NCBI GenBank assembly: GCA_964188305.1
Contig: OZ076888.1
DNA from: Podarcis bocagei
Taxonomy: Eukaryota
Length of the DNA stretch: 64,000 nucleotides
Reading direction: 5' to 3' (one strand)
Within the stretch, counting starts at the first letter, position 1; each line of letters begins with the position of its first letter. Below, piece by piece: positions 25,601 to 38,900 of the stretch. The translations under genes and the position numbers were made by a program. The notes below the pieces were generated by a model. It saw only the letters and a list, made by a program, of their open reading frames with translations. It had not been told where the DNA came from and did no database searches.

Positions 25601-28600
25601 GCTAAATAATTATATATATGTTTTGAATCCAGTCGCAGGCCTTTTAGATGAAAAAACCGTTGTGTTGAGCAAATGCAGGATGGTGTGTTTTCGTGACTAA
25701 AACACCAGCAGCCTAGAATAGCCGGAGCCTACATACAGGTAGTTGGGTATATCTAAAGTGAAGACAGTACAGTACTCGGTTAAATATATTTACATTCTTA
25801 TTTTGTTAATAAGTACCCAGTGCTTACTGAGTGACCTTTGCATCATTGGAAGGGACATCTGAAGGCAAGAGCTTTGCTTTTCTTTTTTACTTCTTAGTGA
25901 GCAGTTGGTTAGAAGGCTACCAATACGCTTTTCCTCATACAAGTAAGAAACAAGTGACAGCAATGTTACAGTTTATTTATTTGCCACTGTTAGTCCAAAG
26001 GTTACCAGAGCTGTGAACTGCATAGTAAATTCAAATTAAATATACATTAAAAGTACAGTAATTCAAAATAAGATAATACAGCAAACTCCCAAAATACCCA
26101 TCTAGATGGGAATCCTAGTTAGCCTTGCTGCAGAAGTACAGAGGGCTTCTGTATTGAAATGAAAGCTGAAACTTGAGAGAAGGAGCTTGAAATGAAACTG
26201 AGGGCCCAGTTTCACCTCTGTTCAGGGCAATGATCTGTCAAGGCCCGAAAGAGCTGACCTTACAGAAAATATGCACCCCAGCCTTTTATTCAAGTAGGTC
26301 CAGAAGTACTCAATGATGCTTACTTCCAAATAAGTGTATCTAGGACTGCAACTATGCTTCTCCTACATCTGGATGCTTACTAATGTCAAACTCCGCCAGC
26401 TTCACCAAAAATGGGAAGGGGGGCGGGGACAAAAGAGCTACTGTAAAGTTGTTGGAGACTTGACTTGAGCCCTGTGTCAGAAGGTGCTCACTTTTTAATG
26501 CTACCTGTCCAAACACATAGCCTTCAGCCAATGCTTAAAAGGTTGACCTAGATAATCTATATAAGCTCAACTGGTTACTCAGTGGGTCTCATCATATTCT
26601 GTAAGGCTTACTTCCAAGTAAGTGAGCATAATATTGTAGCCACAGTGCTCCCTCATCCAATGATTCTTTTAGCGCAACAGTTCCTGTTAACCTAGAACCA
26701 CAGAGATAGCAAATCATAGCATTTCTATTCTCCTTCTCCCCATTAGACATGCTTAAGGTATGTTGAGTTGCAAGTGGGTGTTTTGCAATTTATTTGGTAC
26801 TAGTCAGAGTTGTTTCATAACTGCAGCTGCCAAGTCAGAGTTACACACCCTTTGAAGGGTTAGTTTGCTAAGCCCCATCCATGGCTTAGAATATAAATCA
26901 TCTGTGTGTGCCTTTAACCATACCAACTAATTTTCATCTTTGAAATAATTTGAATTTTTAAACTTTTATGGTGATGCAGTAGTTACACATGTGGATCAGG
27001 AAATTCTAGCAGACATATACATTAACTCCCTGCTACATTAAGTTGTGAGCTTAATGGAGGTAGGCATAAAGGAGATATGTTTTGGAAGGTGCAATAGTTT
27101 GAAAATGAAAGTTGTGGTCCTTTTTTAAAAAACCATTTTGGAACTTGGCTTTGCACTGTTTTTCATCCAGAGTTGACAGAAAGCTCTTGTGTGTAAGTTT
27201 ACCCTCCATATTAATGTGCTCTATGTGGGGCTTCCCTCATGCTTGAAATTGGGAAGCTGCAGTTAGTACAGAATGCTACAGCATGATTGCTGACAGTAGT
27301 GACGCCTTGTCAGCATGTAATATCTGTGCTTAGAAATCTGCCAATTTGCTGCTGGGCAAAGTGCAGAAAGAGTGGGGCAAAAGATGTGGATAAGCCCCTA
27401 GTCTTTAGACATCTGGAGATTTAGATATTGCTAGTGTTCATCCACAGCATTACTGTGCTTCGTATAAGTGATGTAGCAACAATGATTCATACTATAGGTG
27501 CTTCTGGAAAGCTCTAGGTTCATACAGTAAATCTTTTCAGAGTTATTGGGTGTATGACTAAAACAAACCATTATTCATCTAAATAGAAAGAAATACAGTA
27601 AAGCTTTGTCGTATTACGGCCCCCCTACCCTTTCTAATTCAGGAATTTTTGCTTTTTAATCTTCTAATAATAAAAATGTTTATACAACTATATGGCATGG
27701 CAGGACAGCACAGCCCCTGAATTAGTGAGAGAATAAATTTGCTTGATATTGCCATTATAGTGTTCATTCTAGTGGATGATAAAGACTTCCTTGTATCTAG
27801 TGTTCAAAAATATTGATCTGGTTGTTTAGCCTTGTCATTATTGTTTTATGTCAATTCCTATTGTTTTATGCCAAATCCTGTGAAATGGAACAGTATAAAT
27901 TCAGCAAAAGAACTTAACTATCAAAGGTGAGCACAAAGAGGAGTGTCTTCTTCAGCATATGGTGAAAGCTGTATAGTGAAGACCCTAGATGCACCCCTAT
28001 GGGAAGGAAGTCCATAATTTAGGGGCCACCACAGAGTAAGCCATCTCCCAAGCTGCCACTTCTCACACTTCTAAGCATGGCAGAGCTACCAAGAGAGCTC
28101 CCTCTGCACATCTTAACACCTGAGAAGATGAGTATGGATAGAGGCTATCTTTCAGATATCTAGGATCTAAGTTGTTTAAAAGAAATGGTGAAAATAAATC
28201 ATAGAAATATACATAAGCGTGCTGAGAGCTATATAGAAAACTCTCTGGATCTGCTTGAGTAACCTTGTGTTGCTGTGTGCCTGTTTCATTGCACTGAAAG
28301 TAGAATAAGCCCTTTTATTTTTTCTGAAGAAGGGTGATATATATTTTCTAGCACATTTTAATCTAATTATTATTTTTGTTATTTATTAAATTTCACTCCT
28401 GCTGTTTCTTTGAAAGGTGCTCAAGGCAGCAATTAACCAAGCAATAAAACAATATAATGAAAATTGAAAGACGTGTTTCAAAACATTTAAAAACAATTAG
28501 AAGATCTAAAAAAAGTTAAAGCCAGTCAAATAGCCTCATATCTAATGATTTCAGGGTTGCCAAGAACTGTTTCTTTCAGCCACTATATGCCTGGGTGGAC

Positions 28601-29028
28601 AAGAATGTTTTTCACTTCCTCTTGCATTTTAATAATGAAGAAGACAGACATACCTAACTGGGGAAGGGTATTCCACACATGGGGAACCACCACTAACAGC
28701 ACCCCCCCCTTGCCAGTTGTAGGGCCTGAATGGTTGATACTGGAGGAAGCGAAGATTTACCATGCTTTTTCAGCTAGGGGCTCTCTTTAAATTCTATTTT
28801 CAGTGATATTCAAGTGGGGGGAAAATATGTGATTGTGTTTGGAGAAATGTGAATTCCCATAACTTTTACCTAATTATGTTCTTATAACATAGCTTGAATT
28901 TGCCGTGATTGGCATGGATGTCTGAAGGCCACTTTTTTACAAGTATGTTCCAGCTCTTGGCAGCACCATCTTGAGTGTCTCGTAAGTGTGGCTGGATTTT
29001 GTTAACTATCTTGCGGTTTTCAGTCTAA

Positions 29029-29120
29029 AGCTGCAATCCTATGCATACCTAGCTAGGAGTAAATCTCCTGGAACTCAGTGGGATCTACTTATCAAGTAAA
29101 ACATGCTTAGGATTGGGCTA
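29029..29120. mobile_element. Short palindromic MITE-like repeat (gcaatcct...aggattg); many degenerate copies, e.g. about 1190-1310, 7760, 9430, 24690, 26300, 43290, 53830
   Basis: Recurring hairpin core like tactcagaagtaagtcccattga...tgggacttact; superfamily uncertain (Harbinger-like). Confidence 0.55.
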
Positions 29121-29734
29121 AATATAATCTTAGGGGTTGACTTAAATGTAAAGGCATGGGAGAAAATGTGTAAAAATGGTGGGGAAGAGAGAACTGTTCT
29201 TTTCCAAGTCTCAAATGTCCAGAAAATTTAATCTCCATGCTGAATTTGTAGTCAGCACAAAAATTTGTCTTGCACAAAAAAATCCTTTCAGATTTGCCAT
29301 TTTGGTGCTTTCTATCCTGCTGTCATTACTGGTTTCATAAATAGTTCTGGTTTTGCCTTTTCGCATCTTACTCGCTTGTAGGAGTAACACACAGCCACCA
29401 CATTTGGCCTGCAAGAAATGTTTGCAATTTTGATATTTAGAGGTCCAAAAATACTAGCTCTAGCAAAATACTTATTTAAAATTAGATGATTAATATTTTA
29501 GAGAACATGTAACAGTCATATTTACATTTTTCTGCTGTAGAATTCTTCTAATGAGACGTGAAATTCTTGGTGTTTTTGTTTGGGCTAATCACAATAATTG
29601 AGAGATGAAATTTGTGAATCCTATTATAAATACCAAATCACCTGTATTCTAGTACTAACTTATTTTCTACTCCATTACAGTGATGCTGGACGTTTGAATG
29701 CTGAAGCTGGCAGATCATTGAGAGGGCTGGCAAC

Positions 29735-29960
29735 ATGTTATGTTGGGGAAATGCCTCTTTTGGACAGCTTGGATTGGGGGGCATTGATGAAGAAGTTGTC
29801 CTAGAACCCAGAAGATGCAACTTTTTCATAAACAAAAAGGTTCGAGATGTAGGCTGTGGACTAAGACACACTGTGTTTGTCTTGGATGATGGGACTGTGT
29901 ATACATGTGGATGTAATGATTTAGGACAATTAGGACATGAAAAATCCAGGAAACGACCAG
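29735..29960 (+). CDS. HERC4: HERC4 coding exon 1 (exon starts at 29681)
   Basis: Branch point TACTAAC 29653-29659, acceptor ttacag|29681, MLCWGNASF...KSRKRP, donor AG|gtaagt. Confidence 0.96.
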
Positions 29961-32900
29961 GTAAGTTAAAACGGTGCCTGTTAGATAATCGTATTGCTTT
30001 AGGTTCTGTATGTGGGTGCCAGTTATACTTGCAGCAGCAGTTGCTTAGATTATGGAAGTGTTTCTAGAATTAGTAGAGCTTCTAGGACCTCTTTTTTCCC
30101 TTCTGACTTTTGTACCACTGCTATTGCGTGAAAGCCTCTATTTATATGGAACTGAAAACGCAACAAGATATTTTGTTAAGAAATTGTTGGAGATCTGTTT
30201 TTATATTATTTTTAATTTCTAGAGAACTGTAGCCCATTCAGAGGCAGTATTTAAAATGTATTGTTGACTTTTTATTTTTGTCTGAGAAATTATGTATTAA
30301 CATTAGTTAATCATTAAGTGTGTTATATTTTAAATTCTTAAAGCAGCAGCAGCTTGATTTCAGTGCTTGGAACCACTGAGGTGCTTTTTTCTATTTATGC
30401 CAAGACACACTAATTGGACTAAACATGAAGTAATTTTTGGTAATACGAAGTGGGGTCTCTAGAAATAGATTTATTGAAAATGCTTTAGTCTACAAAACTG
30501 CCTAGTCCTCAGTTGCCACTGTGTCTACCTCATGTACTGCTGCTGATTGATAGCACTGTAGTGTTCAACTCTGTTCTAAAATAGAATTCACTAGATAGCT
30601 ACTAAGGTGCAACTACATATGATTCAGGAGATAGAATCTTCAATTTTTATTGGGGCTCCCTCAATCGGATAGGGACCATGGCACTGAGAGACAGCATCCG
30701 CTGTGTCACTTTAGTGATTAAAATTACCTCCCCCACCAAAGCAGTTACTTCACCCAAGGATGAAAATATATAGGTAGCATAAGTTTGGTTCTTAAGAGAG
30801 GAAGAAAAACTACAATCCTTATTAGGCACAGATTAATAGTGAAGTGGTTTCCTACAAGCCAGTGAATTGTGGCTTGTAGCACCTCTGACCTCAGGTAAAG
30901 GAGATCTGACATGTTTGTAGGAACACATTTTTGCTAGTTCAGTTGTGCAGTCCATGGAAATGTTTGGGCAAGAGCAATGTAACATTATGCTGCTTTTTCT
31001 CTTGATTACAGAGCAGGTGAGTGCCTTGGATGCTCAAAATATTGTAGCGGTTTCATGTGGAGAAGCCCACACATTAGCATTAAATGATAGTGGTCAAGTC
31101 TATGCTTGGGGTTTTGCTGCAGATGGACAACTTGGCTTGCCTGGAACTGAGGAGTATACCAGAGTGCCCAGGTAAAACTAAATGATAACATAAGCTTTTT
31201 TGTTGTTGTTGTTTTGAATAAAAAAAAACTTTCATCTTAGAAAAATTGTTCCTTTTGCTTTTGTAAAAAGGGCTTATTGCTTATTGAGAGCCAGTGTGGT
31301 GTAGTGGTTAAGAGCGGTGGACTCGTAATCTGGTGAACCGGGTTTGCGTCTCTGCTCCTCCACATGCAGCTGCTGGGTGACCTTGGGCTAGTCACACTTC
31401 TCTGAGGTCTCTCAGCCCCACTCACCTCACAGAGTGTTTGTTGTGGGGGAGGAAGGGAAAGGAGAATGTTAGCCGCTTTGAGACTCCTGAAGGGGAGTGA
31501 AAGGCGGGGTATCAAATCCAAACTCTTCTTCTTCTTCTTCTTCTTCATCTTTGCATCTTTGTAATTTTTCAAGCTCAAACTAGTATGGCTAGTTTAACAA
31601 GTCAACAGTAAACTATTAGTAGTTTATGAATCTGGCTTGTTTAAACTAGCCATAGATAATGTTAATCCCAGTTCTGGGTGCAGATTCATAAACTACTAAT
31701 AGTTTACTGTTGACTTGTTAAACTAGCCATACTAGTTTGAGCTTGAAAAATTACAAAGATGCAAAGACTCAAAGAGTCCAACACTTCTGCAGCTCATTTA
31801 CATCACACTGAACTGTAATGTTGAAACATTAAGTTGCATTTTCTGTAAGGAAATAAAGCTTTGTGTTTTTATAACATTTTGTGCAAAGGCTGTTCATTTA
31901 ATTATGTCTTGTTATTCCTACAGAAACATAAAAAGCTTGTCAGACATCCAAATAGTGCAGGTTGCCTGCGGCTACTATCATTCCCTTGCACTCTCCAAAG
32001 GTAATCAATCTCTGGACTGTCTGCTTGTTTTTCTGTATAAATTTAAAATACTCTTACAATGACAATAGAAAAAACCACACTAAACATTTCACATCGTAAA
32101 ATAGCCAGTGTTCGATAGCTTTGAGAGGACAGAAAGAGTAAACAAGTTTTCAGCTTTGCTCATGTTAAGGAAAGGAAATGTGTGTATTATGAGCATTTAT
32201 GTTTGCCACTGATCTCCAAATTCTAAAATGTACAGAGATTCCATGCAATACCTGGAACTATTAATATATTGAGAATTGGGCTTTACTTGGAAATGTGTGT
32301 GTAGGGTAGGACTTGTTGCCTACCCTACTTCTTTAGCATTTAATTTCAAAAATACCCCTTTTTCTTGGCTGAAAAATTATTGCCACCATTTGAATTCTGT
32401 CGTGTATGATAGTGGAGTAATTTTAATTCTTAGAGTGACGTAAATTCCTACAGTTATTCTTCATCTTAAATGTGTGTCTTTTCTTCAACAGGTAGTGAAG
32501 TCTTTTCCTGGGGACAGAACAAACATGGTCAACTAGGTTTAGGTTATGAATTCAAAAAACAGACTTCCCCACAACGGATAAAATCTTTGCAAGGGATACC
32601 TTTTGCACAAATTACAGCGGGCGGAGCACATAGCTTTGTGCTTACTCTTTCTGGAGCAGTTTTTGGGTGGGGACGCAACAAATTTGGCCAACTTGGTCTT
32701 AATGATGAAAATGGTAAGTACACAAAATTTAAAACTATGAACTATATTACTTTCCATTTTAGTTATGATCAGATAATGTGTGCTTATTTTTGTAAAACCA
32801 AATTATGCTCCTCTGCTGAATTGATGCTTGGAGCGTCTGTGTTAGTGGATGAGAAATCCACTGAACTGAAAGTTGCTGAAAGGAACCGTGGATATTACTG

Positions 32901-35900
32901 CAGTGCAGAACTACAATAACTTTGAAATGCTTTGCATGCTTTAATTGTAGGAAATAACGGTACTTTCAAAATAGTGAATAAAATACTACATAACTTCCAG
33001 GCACTTTGCTATTTGTTGCACTGTAGTGCTTCTCTGAACAACATGTACTGTGGAATTATAAACCTCAAAGTGCAACAAAGCTATTTGTTATATAAAATAA
33101 TAATAGTTTATAAACTAAATCAGTAGTTTATAGTATTTATTTTTATGTAATTTTATGTAATTTGTTGCAAAGTGTATATTACACTTCCTGATTTATTACA
33201 ATTTTCAGATAGATATGTTCCCAATCTTCTAAAGTCACTAAGATCCCAGAAAATTGTTTACATCTCCTGTGGAGAAGATCATACTGCGGCTCTTACAAAG
33301 GTACTGTAGTAGAAATACTGTATTTCAACTAATTAGTAGATTTGATAGCTTTTCACATGCAGGCTGACTGCTTCAGTAGTGAGGGATTCAGCAGTCCATA
33401 GGAGAGAAAACATGTTCATGTCACCAGTTGGTCTGCTTTTTTGTAACCCTCACTCTTGTCAAGAGAGAATGGTTGCCCAATATTGGGTGTGAACTCCTCC
33501 CGCACCAACCCCTTCATTTGAGGGACGATTCACACATTACAGTTGTACTGAGCCACTAACTTGGGCAACGTCAGTGAACCTGCCAAGATCACATGTTGCA
33601 TCGGCCTGCTCACACCAGCATTTATATAAGCTCGGGGGGCGGGGGGAGAGCTGCTGAAATGTAATGTGTCACTTGCTGCTGACTTGCAGAGGAGGGGAGA
33701 AAGAAAGGAGAACTTGTGCTTATTTTCCTTCAGAGCTTTACAAGTTCATGTTTAGAAATATTCCATTGCATTCAGCCAAGCTCTAATAACCATGTGGGCG
33801 GCTGCTCCGCTGATGGATGCCATCTCTCTTGCTAGTGCTGAAGCACAGTTTATAGTCTTGTGTGTGTGTTGATTTAATGCAACATACTTTGGTTTATTTA
33901 CACATTCAGAATTGGAATATGACATTTACAGTATCTGCAAACAGAAGAATAGTTTAGGTTTTTTGTAAACAAATACGGTTTGCTTTCTCAGTATATAACG
34001 TAAAGCTTATATTTAAAAACCTGTGGGATTTTAAATTCAAAATTGAACTCTTGCTTCAGGTAATGTGGAGAAATGCACTTTCTATTCTCTTGAGCAATTA
34101 TTGCTCTGCAGTTGAAGTCATTCTTGAAACAAATAAATATGAAAGTGAAAATAGTAGTCCTACTATATTGGGCAGGGCACAATGTCCACTAATAGCATTT
34201 TACATTATCTTGTTTATCAGTCTGATATTATCACTAATTTAGGATTTTTTTTAATCAACTATGTGTTTTTAAGTTGGAACTCAGCTAAAGATTACATGAT
34301 TTTTTTGCATGGGTATTTTTTATTACTTGAAATTAAAAATCTGTGTTTTTTAAAAAAGTTTATGTGATTTATTTTTGGTGTACAGGACTACTGTGAATTT
34401 ATTTTATTGTTTATACTCTTACACAGTGAGGATGTTGTGCAGAGACTAAACTATCTATGAAGATAAGCATGTTTGTAAAGGCAATTTATTTTTTATATGT
34501 GTAGGGCAAATATCTAGTGCTTCTCCACAGTTGTAATTATTAATGTTTGTACATAAAAAGTATTGGAGTCATCTACAAGTTGCATTCTAACTTCAAATGT
34601 TTTTTAGGAAGGTGGGGTGTTTACTTTTGGAGCTGGAGGCTATGGGCAATTAGGTCATAACTCTACTGGCCATGAGATAAACCCAAGAAAAGTTTTTGAA
34701 CTTATGGGGAGCATTGTCACACAGATTGCTTGTGGAAGGTAAGACCACAGAATGGAATAATTTTATGGGGTGTTTAGCAACTTGAAAAGTGTAAGAAGCA
34801 AGTTTACCTCTAGCTGCTGTGGAATTCTCAAAATCTTGTTGGGCACCCCAATTATGTGCCATTATAAAGAAAAGACTGCTGTAAGTTAGCTAGCACATTA
34901 GTTTATGCAGCCCAGTGAATTACTTAATTGGATTGGCATGAAGGCTGTTCTATAGGCACAGTAGCCTTCCATCTCAATGCATTACAAGTTCTGTTTTAGA
35001 GGCCGCTCCCTCTTAATACCCGGAACAGAACATTGCAACTGTCTTCTCTTAAATTACTGAGGATAGATAAGTCACATATAGCATGTGTAATGTACTACAG
35101 CATTCTCAGTTTCTTACTTCTTGAATTTCTATTCTTTCTTTGCACTAGGCAGCACACATCTGCATTTGTCCCTTCAACTGGAAGAATTTATTCTTTTGGC
35201 CTTGGAGGTAATGGACAGTTGGGCATGGGATCAACCAGTAACAGGAAAAGTCCCTTCCCAGTGAAAGGAAACTGGCTTCCTTATAATGGAGACATCCCAC
35301 TAAATTCAGGTAATAATGCTTTCTTTAGTTGTATATATATTTTGGGAGTGTTGGGGGCAATTATTTTAAGAATAGTTATATTGTGATAATGGGTAAGGGA
35401 CTGGGTTTGCCTCATGAGATTTTTGTGTTTACTATAGAAGCAATAAATGCTGCACCAATATGTTGCAAATTGGAAACAAGGACCCCTAACATATCATAGT
35501 AACTGCTGCAAGAACAACTATTGCCAGGATATGGAAACCATTACAGTTATTAACTATGGACCAATGGTATAATGCAGTTTGGCAATCAGCATTATTAGAA
35601 AAACTGAGAGCAAAATTAAAAGTAGCAAGAGGCCAAAATAAACACGACAGATTTTTGCAGTCTGGTGTGACTTTATTGATTACAGAAATAATGAGACATA
35701 ATGTAGAACAGTATCCATAGTTTACAGCACAGTCTGGTGTGCGTGAAGTACAAGTTTTATTATTCCCCCCTTCCCATAAATTCCTATAAATTCTGATGGT
35801 TGTTGATACAAAATACCTTTGAATTTTGATCACTGATCTAAGCAATGCACATAATAACTAATAATTTTGGTATATACACTGACAAAATTTTGTTAATATA

Positions 35901-38900
35901 TTCAGAAATGTGTATCTGTTTATTGTTGTGTTGTTTTACTTTTTTACTTTTAACTTTAATTATATATAATCACAGCATGTTATGCTCTAATGTAAACAAA
36001 GATATATCTCAATGCAACTATGGTAAACAGTTTAAAGATGAAAATGAATAAAAATTCTTACCAAAAAAAATAAATAAATGCTGCACCATTTTCCATACAA
36101 GTCAACTCTAGTTTTTCTCTGAATGAACTTGTTGATCTATGAGAGTGCAGAGCAATAATTGTGAATGTGATTCGAAAAGGAAGGTTGCTGTGTGTGGTGC
36201 AAAATGCTAGTATGCAGACCTGCTAATGGCAAAAGTTACCTGATGTTCTTGCAAAAGTGGCTTCCCTCAATTTCATTCCTACCTAAATAAAAGACAAATT
36301 CTTTTCAAGCTATCCTCTTGATGTTAACATCATGCTATTTCAATTATAGATCGTGAAGAATATTATTATGTACATAGGATTTTCTCTGGTGGAGACCAAA
36401 GCTTTTCACATTACGTTACTCTACAGGTAGTTCATCTCATTTTTAAAATCCATAAGCTGACTTCTGTGTTTACTCAGTAAAGTGCTTAGAACTGAATCTG
36501 ATACTTGGAACTTTAACTTTGTATTAGTGTTGCTTTCCATTTGCTTCACTAGAGTATTCTTTAAAATATAGTGCAACTAGTGTAGCTTCAGTTGTGTATT
36601 ATTGTACCTTAAGATAAAACTTTTTTCCATATTTTAAGTGGTCAAAATGCTTTAGGATTTGGTGTTAAAGTATCTGAAATTTGTTATTTGTAAATTGTTT
36701 AGAGAAAATTAAGCTTCATTTTGTTAGCTGATAAAGCAAAACTCAGTTCCTAAACATAGCAAAGTTCTTTTTGAGGATTGGTGTGCATACATAATATTTA
36801 GAGTTTAGTGACTGAGACAATCCTTATTTTAAGTTAGGGAAAGCTGTAAACTAGAAGTATGGATTCATAGAAATACAAAGTTTTATTGGAACTGTCTGCA
36901 TTCTTTAAATATAATTTTATAACCGTTTTAAATTTGATGTATTTTTATCTGCTTTGTTTCATCACAGTATATTTTATGTTTTGTTCATCACCCTGGATGA
37001 AGTGCAGAATATAATTTTTTCAAGCAAATAAAATAAAAATGCCTTCTATATCACACACAGGATATGAATGTCCATTATGGTAATGTCAGCTTGTTATGTA
37101 CATCCTGGCTCTCCACCTATGAGGATGGGAAACTTTTGACCCTTCCAAGTGTTGTGGGACTTTAACTCCCATCATCCCTGACCATTGGCTATGATGGTGG
37201 GGGCTGGGGGGAGCTGGAGTTCAAAAAGACCTAAAAGACCACATGTTCCCCATCCCTGTTATATCATATTGTTAAAAACAGCCCATTCAGCCTTTAATTT
37301 AGATGGAGGATACCTTGCCCTGAAATGCCCTACTGCAGCAAGGGAAATCTGTGAAGCACTGATGTGAGTGTATGAATTAATCTGTGGGTGATAGTTGCAT
37401 GCAGGAAAGCATGACTACAGCTGGATTGGGGCCATTATGTATGCTGAGCTCCACTTAGCACTCCTGAAAAAAGGGAAATTTTAAAACAATTTTTTAAAAA
37501 GCATTTTATATAAATCTTCTCAGATAATATAGAAACCAACCAGCTTGTGTGCATAATGCTTATTTGCAACAAGTTCAGAAGCAAAATGTGTGGACTGCTC
37601 AAGAGTAAACATGAAACAAAGTTGTATGGTGTAGCAACTCTAAATATAGGGATTTCTGGAAATTAGCCATAGTTAATAGGGGGAAATATTTCTATGTATA
37701 ATTTGCCACTCAAAATGTAGGATTTGGAACCTCCAGATGACTTCAGATACCCATGTGCTTCGAAGCAAATCTGGACTGTGAACGAAGGCTTCATTCAGAG
37801 GTTGCTGCACTGCTCATCTTCAGGATCAGGGAGGCTCCCTGCAGAGATAGCAAAGTAAGAATGGTTGTTGTTGCACTTTTGGGCATATCTTGCAGATGGT
37901 GGTGTTGTGTGCTTAACTTTACAGAACCATCCACTTGGCTCCTGCGTTTGAATGTATTACTCTTACCTCATGGACACTCAGCTTAGTTAACATAGGAAGA
38001 GCTCTGCTTAAAGGAAAGGATTACAGTAAGAATGGGAGAGGGAAGGAAACGCACTTGACAATGTCCGTTAAATTCACTAAGAAGTATGATTGAGCTTTGT
38101 AGAAAGTTTCTCTCCTTTTAGTCTTTTCAAGTGTAGTGTATGTTAAGCTATGTTTTCTTGTAACATAGGATGTTTCCTTTCAGTATGGCTATCTATGTAT
38201 TGCTACCTTTATTGGTTGATCTGCCCTTTGCAGAACTGAACTATTTTTTAAATGAAATTGGAATTTTTTTTATAAACGTGTAAGAAGTGAAAAGGTATCC
38301 CCTTAATTCTACTCCTGTACTGTCTTCTAGTGGTCATGATTCCAGTATCTCTCAAGCATATCATAGCTCTATAATGAATAGATAGGTGTCTGACTCTAAT
38401 AATAAATAGAAATATGCTGAATTGATGCTTTTCTGTAAACATTGGCTTACACGCTCCATTTCACCTATTAATATACATACATTCTTCATTTCGATCCAGA
38501 GACTCACAAAAACATTTTCAAAAGCAAAATAAAACAGAAATACAGGGCAAGGATTCCAAGGCGGTTACTATGTTTTATCCAGAGCATGTAGGTTTCTGTT
38601 TCTTATTCTTTCCAAGAGGAACTTAGCCATAGCCAGGATAGTATCATTTGACATATCTCCAAGGAGGTACTTAAGATAGAAGGTTTTGGATTTTCCAGTT
38701 TACCGAAAGGGGTTTAATTAATTGATCCCTGGCTTGTTTGAATTGCTCACAGTGTAGTGGGATATGTTTCATAGAGTCAATACTCTGAGAGCATAAGGAG
38801 AGCCTGTTCTGATAGGGTATACCAGACAGTCTGCCGTTTAGTACTTCTGAAGGGATTACATTTAATCTGGCTTTGGTGAATAATTGGCAATAGTTAGGTT

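Noticed and set aside
24707-25605. Long overlapping ORFs (up to 285 aa) on both strands
   Set aside because: They reflect stop-codon scarcity in a CpG island; the translations are low-complexity Arg/Pro/Gly with no recognisable domain.
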